Shown here one piece after another: positions 39,896-48,492 of a stretch of DNA of 64,000 nucleotides. Below the pieces are notes generated by a model that searched no databases, had not been told where the DNA came from, and worked only from the letters and a program-made list of their open reading frames with translations. The translations under genes were made by a program, and so were the position numbers. Positions within the stretch are counted from its first letter, which is position 1; every line of letters begins with the position of its first letter. The stretch spans positions 141,712 through 205,711 of the forward strand of contig JAOUOD010000004.1 of NCBI GenBank assembly GCA_029880545.1, written 5' to 3'. The stretch comes from Gammaproteobacteria bacterium (GTDB lineage: Bacteria > Pseudomonadota > Gammaproteobacteria > Acidiferrobacterales > SZUA-150).

Positions 39896-41026
39896 ATGAG
39901 TGAGCACCACGACATACTGGAGTCGCTGAACCGCCGGTTGACGCTGAAACAAAAGGTGCTTGCCGCCCATGAATCGGTCAAGCAACTGCTGCCGTTTATC
40001 GCCCGGATCGCGATAACGCTTTACGACCCGGAAACCCGGGTATTGAAGACGTATTTGCACAGTTCTGATGATAATGCCGACCCGCTCTCCAACTACCAGG
40101 CATTAATTGATGAAGCACCCTCTCTGAAAGCCATGCTGGACAAGGGCCTGCCGCGGGTAATCAATAATATGGTGACGCTGGAAAACGGCAAACATGAACA
40201 TACCCGGCGCATTGGCCGGTTTGGCTACGCAGCCAGTTACACCTTGCCCATGTTCAGCGAGGGAGATTTTGTCGGCTTTATCTTTTTCAATTCCTCGAAA
40301 CCCGATGTGCTGACTGAACCGGTGCTGGCACAACTGGATATTTTTGGCCACATGCTGGCGTTAATGGTGATCAATGAGATCAATTCCATTGATACGTTGT
40401 CCGCAGCAGTCAAAACTACCGGGAGAATCACCCATCAACGAGACCCGGAAACCGGCAGTCATCTTGATCGCATGTCGCGCTACAGTCTGCTGATTGCGCG
40501 GACCCTGTCAGGAAAATTCAGCCTGGACGATGATTATATCCAGCACCTGTTCATGTTCGCGCCGCTGCATGATATTGGCAAGGTTGTTATCCCGGATCGT
40601 GTACTTCTGAAACCCGGGCCGCTGGATGATGAAGAAGCCGTCATCATGAGAACCCACTCAACAAGGGGCAGGGAGATGATCGACGACATGATTGCCAATT
40701 TTGGAATGGAAAATATCCAGCATATCGATTTGCTCAGAAACATTGCCCACTATCATCACGAAGCGGTTAATGGCACGGGTTATCCCGCGGGACTGTCGGG
40801 ATCGGCGATTCCCATTGAGGCACGAATTGTCGCCGTGGCTGATGTATTTGATGCGCTCACCAGTGAGCGCCCCTATAAAAAAGCATGGTCCAATGAAGAT
40901 GCCGTCAACTTGCTGGAGCAGTTGGCCGGCGAGAAGCTTGACCGTGATTGCGTGGAGGCACTGCTGCAAAATATGGACGAAGTCTTGCGTATACAGAGCC
41001 AGTTCAGCGAAGACATTTATGGTTAA
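39896..41026 (+). CDS. HD-GYP domain protein (putative c-di-GMP phosphodiesterase) with N-terminal sensor domain
   Basis: HDIGKV ... HHEAVNGTGYP motifs, preceded by a roughly 170-aa GAF-like region. Confidence 0.85.
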   Translation: MSEHHDILESLNRRLTLKQKVLAAHESVKQLLPFIARIAITLYDPETRVLKTYLHSSDDNADPLSNYQALIDEAPSLKAMLDKGLPRVINNMVTLENGKHEHTRRIGRFGYAASYTLPMFSEGDFVGFIFFNSSKPDVLTEPVLAQLDIFGHMLALMVINEINSIDTLSAAVKTTGRITHQRDPETGSHLDRMSRYSLLIARTLSGKFSLDDDYIQHLFMFAPLHDIGKVVIPDRVLLKPGPLDDEEAVIMRTHSTRGREMIDDMIANFGMENIQHIDLLRNIAHYHHEAVNGTGYPAGLSGSAIPIEARIVAVADVFDALTSERPYKKAWSNEDAVNLLEQLAGEKLDRDCVEALLQNMDEVLRIQSQFSEDIYG

Positions 41027-41079
41027 CCGGGGGTCAACCAGGGTCATACCAGTTTAAACCGGGACACAAGGAGGTTGTG

Positions 41080-41610
41080 ATGAATTATCTTGTAGCAGGA
41101 ATGCTTTTATTCGTGATGTGTCATGGATTTACTGCCATGCGCAGCGCCCGCCAGGAACTGATTAACCGCATTGGCGAAATGCCTTACCGGGGCATGTATT
41201 CCGTGATTTCAATTTTTGCCATTGGATTGATTATTGTCGGCATGCGTAATGTCGAGCCGGTTTACCTGTGGACACCGCCTGGCTGGGCGCAGCAACTAAC
41301 CGGCTTGATGATGATGCTCAGCTTCATCCTGGTTATCGCCAACAGGGCAAAAACCAATATCAAGCGTTATAGCCGTCACCCCATGTCGTGGGGGATTATT
41401 GCCTGGGCTATCGGCCACCTGTTCAGCAACGGCAAGCTGTCATCGTTAATTCTGTTTGGTGGTATGGCGACCTATTCACTGTTTGCCATGTGGTCGGCCG
41501 ATCGTCGTGGCAAGCCGCCACGCCCGCAACCAGTGCCCTATAGTCGCGATGCAGTACTGGTCGCTATCGGCGTAGCGGTGTTTGCAGCCGTGCGGATGAT
41601 TCATCCCTGA
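41080..41610 (+). CDS. NnrU family membrane protein
   Basis: 176-aa polytopic protein with an NnrU-like pattern (HP ... WAIGHL). ATG 41080 follows AAGGAGG; the longer track ORF overlaps the HD-GYP gene. Confidence 0.7.
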   Translation: MNYLVAGMLLFVMCHGFTAMRSARQELINRIGEMPYRGMYSVISIFAIGLIIVGMRNVEPVYLWTPPGWAQQLTGLMMMLSFILVIANRAKTNIKRYSRHPMSWGIIAWAIGHLFSNGKLSSLILFGGMATYSLFAMWSADRRGKPPRPQPVPYSRDAVLVAIGVAVFAAVRMIHP

Positions 41611-42377
41611 AGATTCGGAGTCTCGGCCTGGTTGGCCGGCAACCAGTCGAAGGCGATGATGCCGTCGGCAATCAATACAATCGCAATCAGCCACAGCGTA
41701 TAGCGCAATGCAGCCAGGTAGGCTGCGGTGTCCATGCGACGACGCAGGCGCATGCCAATCCATAGCGACAACAGGATAGCCGGCAGTGCCCAGGCGGACA
41801 GCCCGACAATATTCCAGTCCAGTTGCCGGTTGGCGAGAAACCCGGCTACCTGGCCACTCTTGCTGATAAGAAACGTGAAGTTGAACGCGGCCACGACCAG
41901 TAACGGATTCATGCGTGTGTACAGTGCGTAGACAACAATGGCCGGCGCCATGGTATTGGTGAGTCCGCCCATCAGGCCGAGACTGGCACCGAATAACGCC
42001 ATCAGCCAGCGGGGTACGTTGCGCTCGATTGCTGCCGCAGGCAGCTTGTCCGCGACCAGGTAAATCATCATAACCACGGCCAGTATCAATCTCAGCGGTT
42101 TCGGGTCGAGGCCAAACATGATCTGGGTGCCGGCGATGCTGCCGATAATGGTGAATACCGGGATCGGCCAGTAGCGAACAAAGGCTTCACGCCAGTGTTT
42201 TTCGCCGGCGATGCTGGCAATGTTAATGCTGAGCGTGGGCAACAGGGTCAGCAGCACAACGACAGGCAGCGGGTAGAGCAGGATCAGCGCGGGCGTTGAA
42301 AACATCGGGAATCCAAAGCCCAGTACGCCGTGAATAAAGGCGCCCAGTACAAGCACGGGCAGGAAAGCTAGATCCAT
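41601..42377 (-). CDS. sulfite exporter TauE/SafE family permease
   Basis: Polytopic protein with a TauE-type repeat architecture (GAFIHGVLGFGFPM ... GLMGGLTN). I chose ATG 42377. Its 3' end overlaps NnrU convergently by 10 nt. Confidence 0.78.
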   Translation of the reverse strand: MDLAFLPVLVLGAFIHGVLGFGFPMFSTPALILLYPLPVVVLLTLLPTLSINIASIAGEKHWREAFVRYWPIPVFTIIGSIAGTQIMFGLDPKPLRLILAVVMMIYLVADKLPAAAIERNVPRWLMALFGASLGLMGGLTNTMAPAIVVYALYTRMNPLLVVAAFNFTFLISKSGQVAGFLANRQLDWNIVGLSAWALPAILLSLWIGMRLRRRMDTAAYLAALRYTLWLIAIVLIADGIIAFDWLPANQAETPNLQG

Positions 42378-42612
42378 AAGGGTTTTCGCATATTCAGTTT
42401 GTCGCTGTCCTGCTGGCTGTAAGAAATTGATAATGCGCCTGTTTTTGAGCCAGCTCAATAAATCCACAGCTTGTGGTGTGTATTGTTTTTCTTCCGTGAC
42501 TGAATTTGGGGTGGCACGCGATCAATCTTCGTACAATAATGTAACAAACAAAAACCGGCGCGTATTGCAGCCGGCTTTATTCAACCACAAACAATACAGA
42601 GGGCAAGGCGTT

Positions 42613-43620
42613 ATGAAAACTCCATTTCGACTCGTTATAGCGGCAGTATTGGCTCTGGCAGCAATACCGGGCTATGCCGCAGAATATACCATCAAGTTTT
42701 CCCACGTGGTTGCGCCCAATACACCAAAAGGCAAGGCGGCTGACCTGTTCGCCGAACTGGTGGACAAAAAGACCAAGGGCCGCGTGAAAGTGGAAGTGTT
42801 CCCCAATTCCCAGCTTTACAATGACAACAAGGTGCTGGAAGCAATGCGCCTGGAATCCAGCAAGACCACGGGTTATATGGCGGCACCGAGCCTGTCCAAG
42901 TTCGTGAAGTTCTCCGATACGCTTCAGGCCTTTGACTTGCCCTACCTGTTCAGTGACATGAATGATGTGCACAAGCTCGTGGACTCGCCGATCATGGACC
43001 GTATGACTTCCGGCCTGGACAGCAAGGGCCTGCATGCGCTGACTGTCTGGGACAATGGCATGAAAGTATTCTCCACCAAGGGCGGCGCGCCACTGAAGAA
43101 ATCTCCGGCTGATTTCAAGGGCAAGAAATTCCGTATCCAGTCCTCTGATGTGGCCAGTTCCATGATTACCCACCTCGGTGGTACACCGCAGAAGTTGCCG
43201 TTCAAGGAAGTCTATACTGCACTGGCGCAGGGTGTTGTCGACGGCCAGGAAAATGCCTGGTCCAACATCTACTCAAAGAAATTCCATGAAGTTCAGGACT
43301 ACATCTCCGTGTCCAATCACTCATACCTTGGCTACCTGATGGTGGTGAGCAGCGAGTTCTGGAAAGGGTTGCCGAAAGATGTGCGTGAACAGGTTTCGTC
43401 AGCCCTGAAAGAAGCCACCGCTGCCAACCGCAAGTATGCCGCAGAAGCTGATACCGAAGATCGTCAGAAGATCGAAAAAGCCGGCTATGCCAAGGTTGTC
43501 GACATGAGCAAGGCCGAACGTGCCGCCTGGCGCAAGGCCACCGAACCGGTCTGGGCCGAGTTCCGTGACAAGATTGGCGCCGACCTGATCGATGACATTA
43601 ACAAGCTGCTCGGACGCTGA
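42613..43620 (+). CDS. dctP: TRAP transporter substrate-binding protein, DctP family
   Basis: Sec signal peptide, then DctP-type sequence (YTIKFSHVVAPNTPKG ... VFPNSQLY ... ALAQGVVDGQEN). I chose ATG 42613. Confidence 0.9.
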   Translation: MKTPFRLVIAAVLALAAIPGYAAEYTIKFSHVVAPNTPKGKAADLFAELVDKKTKGRVKVEVFPNSQLYNDNKVLEAMRLESSKTTGYMAAPSLSKFVKFSDTLQAFDLPYLFSDMNDVHKLVDSPIMDRMTSGLDSKGLHALTVWDNGMKVFSTKGGAPLKKSPADFKGKKFRIQSSDVASSMITHLGGTPQKLPFKEVYTALAQGVVDGQENAWSNIYSKKFHEVQDYISVSNHSYLGYLMVVSSEFWKGLPKDVREQVSSALKEATAANRKYAAEADTEDRQKIEKAGYAKVVDMSKAERAAWRKATEPVWAEFRDKIGADLIDDINKLLGR

Positions 43621-43653
43621 TCGCAGATCCGCGGCTGGCTGCTTGCATTAATA

Positions 43654-44178
43654 ATGAATAGCATAAATCGTTATATCGATGTCTTCGAGAAGTACACGAT
43701 AACAGTCGGGTTCGCAGTTGCCACGCTGGTATTGTTTACCAACGTGGTACTGCGTTACGTATTCAATACCGGCCTGTTGTGGGCGCTGGAATTTGTGCAG
43801 TACGTGTTTGCCTGGGTAGTGCTGATTGGTGCCGCCCATGGCGTCAAGGTCGGCATTCATCTCGGTATTGATATCCTGCTGGAAAAACTGCCGCCTGTCT
43901 TGCGACAGACACTGCTGAGAATTGCGGTGGTTATTTGCATCGCCTTTGTTGCCATAGTCGATTACGAAGCTTTTCGGTACATGATCAGGATTTACCAGTG
44001 GGGTGATCTGACCGAAGACCTGCGTATTCCGCAGTGGATTCCGTATATCGCCATTCCATTGGGCATGACCTTGATGCTTTACCATTTCCTGGTGCTGGCC
44101 TGGGATATTTTCCGGGGCCGGCGTGACAGCATTCATGCCAGGGAATCGCACCGTAAACTGGAGGAGCTGGAGCAATGA
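43654..44178 (+). CDS. dctQ: TRAP transporter small permease
   Basis: 174 aa, four TM, DctQ pattern (VVLRYVFN ... ALEFVQY ... GVKVGIHLGIDIL). Confidence 0.85.
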   Translation: MNSINRYIDVFEKYTITVGFAVATLVLFTNVVLRYVFNTGLLWALEFVQYVFAWVVLIGAAHGVKVGIHLGIDILLEKLPPVLRQTLLRIAVVICIAFVAIVDYEAFRYMIRIYQWGDLTEDLRIPQWIPYIAIPLGMTLMLYHFLVLAWDIFRGRRDSIHARESHRKLEELEQ

Positions 44179-45452
44179 CAGTTACCCTGCTCTTTATCGG
44201 TTTGCTGCTTTTGTTGTTGATTGGCGTGCCTATCGCCATCAGCCTGGGCGCCAGCAGCCTGGCTTACGTGTTGCTGGCTACCGAGGATTCGCCGGTGGTT
44301 ATCGCTCAGAAACTGTTCGATACCATGGAACACACGACGTTGCTGGCAATCCCGTTTTTCATATTGTCGTCTCATTTCCTGACCACCGGCGGTGTTTCTG
44401 CACGGCTGATCGAATTCGCCAAGTCCATGGTTGGCTGGGCGCACGGCGGACTGGCCATGGCCGGCGTTGTCGCCTGCATGTTGTTTGCCGCCATATCGGG
44501 CTCGTCACCGGCAACAGTGGTGGCCATCGGTTCGATCATGATTCCGGGCATGATTCGGGCCGGCTACACGCCGCAATACTCGGTAGGTGTAATTGCTACC
44601 GCCGGCAGCATGGGCATCCTGATTCCGCCATCCATCCCGATGATTGTCTATGCTGACGCCGTTGAAGAGTCAGTCGGCAAAATGTTTATTGCCGGTATTC
44701 TGCCGGGCTTGTTAATGGGCACGTTGCTGCTGCTGGCAACCTGGGTGACTGCACGTCGCATGAATATGCCGCGTGAACCGTGGCAGGGCGTTGGCCACTT
44801 TTTCAAATCATTTGGTCGCGCCTTTTCCGGCCTGTTTCTCATATTTATTGTCGTTGGCGGTATTTACGGCGGTGTATTTACTCCGACCGAAGCAGCAGCC
44901 GTGGCTGCCGTGTATTCGGCCTTTATTGCCTTGTTCGTACACAAGGATATGACCTTGGCTGATGTACCAAAGGTCATGCTTGATTCGGCCAAGATGACAG
45001 CGGTAATCATGTTTATTATTGCCTGCGCAATGATCTTCGCGCATGTATTGACCGAACAGCAGGTACCGCAGAATCTCTCGAAAATGGTTATCGAGCATAA
45101 CCTCAGCCCATCCATGTTCCTGCTGATGGTGAACGTGATCCTCTGGTTCGCCGGTGACTTTATGGAGCCCAGTTCGATACTGCTGATCCTGTCGCCGTTG
45201 TTCCATCCTATCGCCCTGAACCTGGGTATAGATCCGATCCATCTCGGCATCATTATGACGACCAATATGGAAGTCGGCATGATTACGCCACCGGTAGGGC
45301 TTAATCTTTATGTTGCCGCCGGTCTCACCGGCATGAGTCTTGGCCAGGTCACGCGTGCCGCGCTGCCGTGGATGGCGGTATTGATTGTCGCCCTGATAAT
45401 TATCACCTATGTACCCTGGTTCAGCCTGTACCTGGTCGGCCTGATGTTCTGA
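44175..45452 (+). CDS. dctM: TRAP transporter large permease
   Basis: 425-aa polytopic DctM (AIPFFIL ... GSSPATV ... ILIPPSIP). 4-nt overlap with dctQ. Confidence 0.92.
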   Translation: MTVTLLFIGLLLLLLIGVPIAISLGASSLAYVLLATEDSPVVIAQKLFDTMEHTTLLAIPFFILSSHFLTTGGVSARLIEFAKSMVGWAHGGLAMAGVVACMLFAAISGSSPATVVAIGSIMIPGMIRAGYTPQYSVGVIATAGSMGILIPPSIPMIVYADAVEESVGKMFIAGILPGLLMGTLLLLATWVTARRMNMPREPWQGVGHFFKSFGRAFSGLFLIFIVVGGIYGGVFTPTEAAAVAAVYSAFIALFVHKDMTLADVPKVMLDSAKMTAVIMFIIACAMIFAHVLTEQQVPQNLSKMVIEHNLSPSMFLLMVNVILWFAGDFMEPSSILLILSPLFHPIALNLGIDPIHLGIIMTTNMEVGMITPPVGLNLYVAAGLTGMSLGQVTRAALPWMAVLIVALIIITYVPWFSLYLVGLMF

Positions 45453-45461
45453 CGAACACCA

Positions 45462-46241
45462 ATGGATCTCGCGCTATACCAGGTAGACGCATTCGCTGAT
45501 CAGGTCTTTGAAGGAAACCCGGCAGCTGTGTGCCCGCTTGATACATGGTTGCCTGATGCTGTCATGCAGGCCATTGCCGCCGAGAACAACCTCTCGGAAA
45601 CAGCCTTTTTTGTTCGAGAAGCGGACAACTACCACATTCGCTGGTTCACGCCTGTTGCCGAGGTGGATTTGTGTGGCCACGCGACCCTGGCCAGTGCCCA
45701 TGTCTTGTTCCATGTTACCGGGATTGACAGTGATACCATTGTATTCAACTCACGAAGTGGCGAGCTGAAAGTCAGGCAGCAGCAAGATCGACTGGAACTG
45801 GATTTTCCGGCACAACCGGGAAGTCCTCGACAATGCCCCGAGATCCTGCAGCAGGCATTTGGCCGCAAGCCGCTCATCTGCCTGCGATCGGAAGATTATA
45901 TCTTTGTGCTTGAGAATGAGCAGCAGGTACTTGCGGCTGCGCCTGATATGGTCATGCTCCGTTCGCTTGACGGGCGAGGCGTAGCCATTACTGCGCCAGG
46001 ACAACACCATGATTTTGTCGCGCGATTCTTTGTGCCCAAGCTCGGCGTGGATGAAGACCCGGTAACCGGTTCCATTTATACACAACTGGTTCCTTACTGG
46101 GCTGACGTATTGGGCAAGACAAAACTTGCCGCGAGACAGCTGTCCAGACGTGGCGGCAATGTTTACTGCGAACTGGCCGGTGATCGAGTCAGGATTGCCG
46201 GTGGTGCAAGACTTTATATGCAAGGAACAATATGCCTGTAG
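45462..46241 (+). CDS. PhzF-family isomerase-like protein
   Basis: YQVDAFADQVFEGNPAAVC ... NLSETAFFV ... IRWFTP ... EVDLCGHATLA is the PhzF/DapF-fold signature and includes the catalytic Glu. The start is 9 nt after the dctM stop. Confidence 0.85.
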   Translation: MDLALYQVDAFADQVFEGNPAAVCPLDTWLPDAVMQAIAAENNLSETAFFVREADNYHIRWFTPVAEVDLCGHATLASAHVLFHVTGIDSDTIVFNSRSGELKVRQQQDRLELDFPAQPGSPRQCPEILQQAFGRKPLICLRSEDYIFVLENEQQVLAAAPDMVMLRSLDGRGVAITAPGQHHDFVARFFVPKLGVDEDPVTGSIYTQLVPYWADVLGKTKLAARQLSRRGGNVYCELAGDRVRIAGGARLYMQGTICL

Positions 46242-46292
46242 CCAGTTCGCGTTCGCAGATCCTGAACTGTACGTGGTTTGCACGGGAGCTGT

Positions 46293-46952
46293 ATGTCGAA
46301 GCTGATTGATTTGAGCCACACCATTGAAGACGGGCTGGTTACCTACAAGGGCTTGCCGGCGCCACTGGTTTGCGATTACATGAGTCGCGAAGCATCAAGA
46401 TCAATTTACAGCGAAGGCACATCATTTCATATTGGCCGTATCGATATGGTTGCCAATACCGGTACCTATCTTGATGCACCATTTCATCGCTATGAAGACG
46501 GCAAGGATGTATCCGAGTTGGCGCTTGAGTCCGTAGCCAGTCTCGACGCCATCAGGATAGTGACAGGCCCTGACGTGCCTGCGATCACTGCCGATATGCT
46601 GAAACCCGTGGATGTGAACGGCAAGGCAGTATTGATCCAGACTGACTGGTCACGACACTGGAATACCGAACAGTATTACGAAAATCATCCTTACCTTACC
46701 GAGGGCGCCGCCATATACCTGCGCGATGCCGGTGCCGTTCTTGTAGGTGTGGACACCTATAATATCGATGATATATCCGGAGGCGAACGACCGGTGCATT
46801 CGGCCTTGCTTGGCTCAGGTATTCCCATTGTAGAGCACATGTGCAACCTGGATGCCTTGCCGGCAGACGGGTTTCGTTTTTACGCGGTCCCGGTAAAAGT
46901 GAAAGGCATGGGAACGTTTCCGGTGCGCGCGTTTGCTGTCATTGATGAATAA
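46293..46952 (+). CDS. cyclase-family (kynurenine formamidase-like, PF04199-type) protein with a divergent metal motif
   Basis: LIDLSHTI ... TGTYLDAPFH ... VLIQTDW ... VGVDTYNID ... VHSALL ... IVEHMCNL. ATG 46293 follows GGGAG. Confidence 0.72.
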   Translation: MSKLIDLSHTIEDGLVTYKGLPAPLVCDYMSREASRSIYSEGTSFHIGRIDMVANTGTYLDAPFHRYEDGKDVSELALESVASLDAIRIVTGPDVPAITADMLKPVDVNGKAVLIQTDWSRHWNTEQYYENHPYLTEGAAIYLRDAGAVLVGVDTYNIDDISGGERPVHSALLGSGIPIVEHMCNLDALPADGFRFYAVPVKVKGMGTFPVRAFAVIDE

Positions 46953-47108
46953 ATAGTTGGTCAAAAAACTGGGTTATTCTGATTGCCAGGAATCGCTCGA
47001 ACCCAATTAAGCATATAAGAAATTACTGAAATACTGGGCGGTGTCTTTTGTTTGTTGTTCCAATTTTGCATGACGGGAGAATATATCCGGATTTTGTTTT
47101 TAAAATTG

Positions 47109-47136
47109 TTCAAAAGTGTGTAATTGGGACTATAAT
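47109..47136 (+). promoter_or_regulatory. candidate sigma-70 promoter for the second TRAP operon
   Basis: TTCAAA, 16 nt, then TATAAT (47131-47136). It lies in an AT-rich 268-bp intergenic region 85 nt upstream of the ATG. Confidence 0.3.
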
Positions 47137-47220
47137 AAAATTCGTTTCAATCCCAGGTGTATTCGAAGGACCGATTCACATTTGGTTGACTATCACTACC
47201 ATCCACAAGAGGAAACGGCG

Positions 47221-48366
47221 ATGACAAAGAAAATTATAAGTACCGACCGGGTGTCCGAAACCAAAGCCGCAAAAACCGACCGAAGAAGTTTTTTGAAGAC
47301 TACCGCCGCTATGGGCGCCGGTGCGGTCGTGGGCGCACCCTTTATCAGTAATGCGGAAGCAGCCAAGACCACTACCTGGAAAATACAGACTTCATGGCCA
47401 GGCGGTATCGGTCTCGATATTTTCAAGGAATGGTGTGGCAGCATCATCGAAAAGACCGGCGGCGAACTGGCGTTCAAGCCATTTGGTGCCAAGGATGTGG
47501 TCGGTGAGTTCCAGCTGTTTGATGCGGTCAAGAATGGCGTGCTCGACGCCATGAATCCGTTTACCTTGTACTGGGCCGGTCGCATGCCGGCAGCGGTGTT
47601 CCTGAGCTCCTATCCAATGGGTCTGCGTAACCCGCATGAATGGGATACGTTCTTCTACGGGCTTGGCGGCCTGGAGTTGGCGCGTGAAGCATTTTCGAAA
47701 ATGGGACTGCACTATGTGGGTCCTGTGCATCATGGCCCCAATATCATTCATTCCAAGGTGCCGATTCGTTCCATTGATGATTTCCGTGGCCGAAAGATGC
47801 GCCTGCCCGGCGGCATGGTGGCAGAGCTGTTCCAGGCTGCCGGCGCCAAGACCACGTTGCTGCCCGGTTCGGAAATTTTCCCGGCCCTGGAAAAAGGCAC
47901 GATTGACGTGGCCGATTACGTAGGCCCGGCCATTAACTACGCCCTGGGCTTCCACCAGGTAACAAACTATATCTCCATGGGCCCTCCGGGATTCATGTCC
48001 ATTTACCAGCCGGTGGACCTCATGGACCTGACGGTGTCGCAGAAGTCGTGGAAGAAGCTGTCGAAGAAGATGCAGCAATTCGTGGAAATGGAAGTACACG
48101 TTTACTCCGACATTCATCATGCGAAAATCCAGGCGGCCGACCAGGAAGCCTGGAAGAAGTTCGAGGCTGCCGGTACACAGGTCACCCGCCTCGGCCAGGA
48201 CGATGTCGAAGCCTTTACCAAGCTTGCGGTGCCTTTGTGGTTCAAGTGGGCCAACAAGGATACCTACGCAGCCAGGGCATTCAAGATCCAGCTGGATTAC
48301 ATGATGTCCGGATCCCTCGGTTATGCCGACAAGGCCATGATCAAGGGGCAAAAGCTGAAGTTGTAA
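47221..48366 (+). CDS. TRAP transporter substrate-binding protein with a Tat signal (COG4663 / FcbT1-like subgroup)
   Basis: Twin-arginine signal DRRSFLKTTAAMGAGAVV, then WKIQTSWPGG ... FDAVKNGVLDAM ... YWAG. I chose ATG 47221 after AGAGGAAA. Confidence 0.85.
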   Translation: MTKKIISTDRVSETKAAKTDRRSFLKTTAAMGAGAVVGAPFISNAEAAKTTTWKIQTSWPGGIGLDIFKEWCGSIIEKTGGELAFKPFGAKDVVGEFQLFDAVKNGVLDAMNPFTLYWAGRMPAAVFLSSYPMGLRNPHEWDTFFYGLGGLELAREAFSKMGLHYVGPVHHGPNIIHSKVPIRSIDDFRGRKMRLPGGMVAELFQAAGAKTTLLPGSEIFPALEKGTIDVADYVGPAINYALGFHQVTNYISMGPPGFMSIYQPVDLMDLTVSQKSWKKLSKKMQQFVEMEVHVYSDIHHAKIQAADQEAWKKFEAAGTQVTRLGQDDVEAFTKLAVPLWFKWANKDTYAARAFKIQLDYMMSGSLGYADKAMIKGQKLKL

Positions 48367-48382
48367 ACACTTTCCAGGCATT

Positions 48383-48419
48383 GATCTGCGCCTCGTCCGT
48401 CCAGGGCGTGGCGCAGATC
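48383..48419 (+). promoter_or_regulatory. intercistronic hairpin between the binding-protein and permease genes
   Basis: GATCTGCGCC-(17 nt)-GGCGCAGATC followed by ATCGTTCTTTTG. Such hairpins commonly uncouple binding-protein and permease expression. Confidence 0.55.
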
Positions 48420-48492
48420 ATCGTTCTTTTGCTGTATACAGTTTTCAGCGCCCGCATAAACGAAACGCAAGACCGCTTCAGGAGTATCGGCA

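Noticed and set aside
41601-41610. A 10-nt convergent overlap of the NnrU and TauE 3' ends.
   Set aside because: Short convergent overlaps are common and depend on stop-codon positions only. No structure or extra signal is evident.
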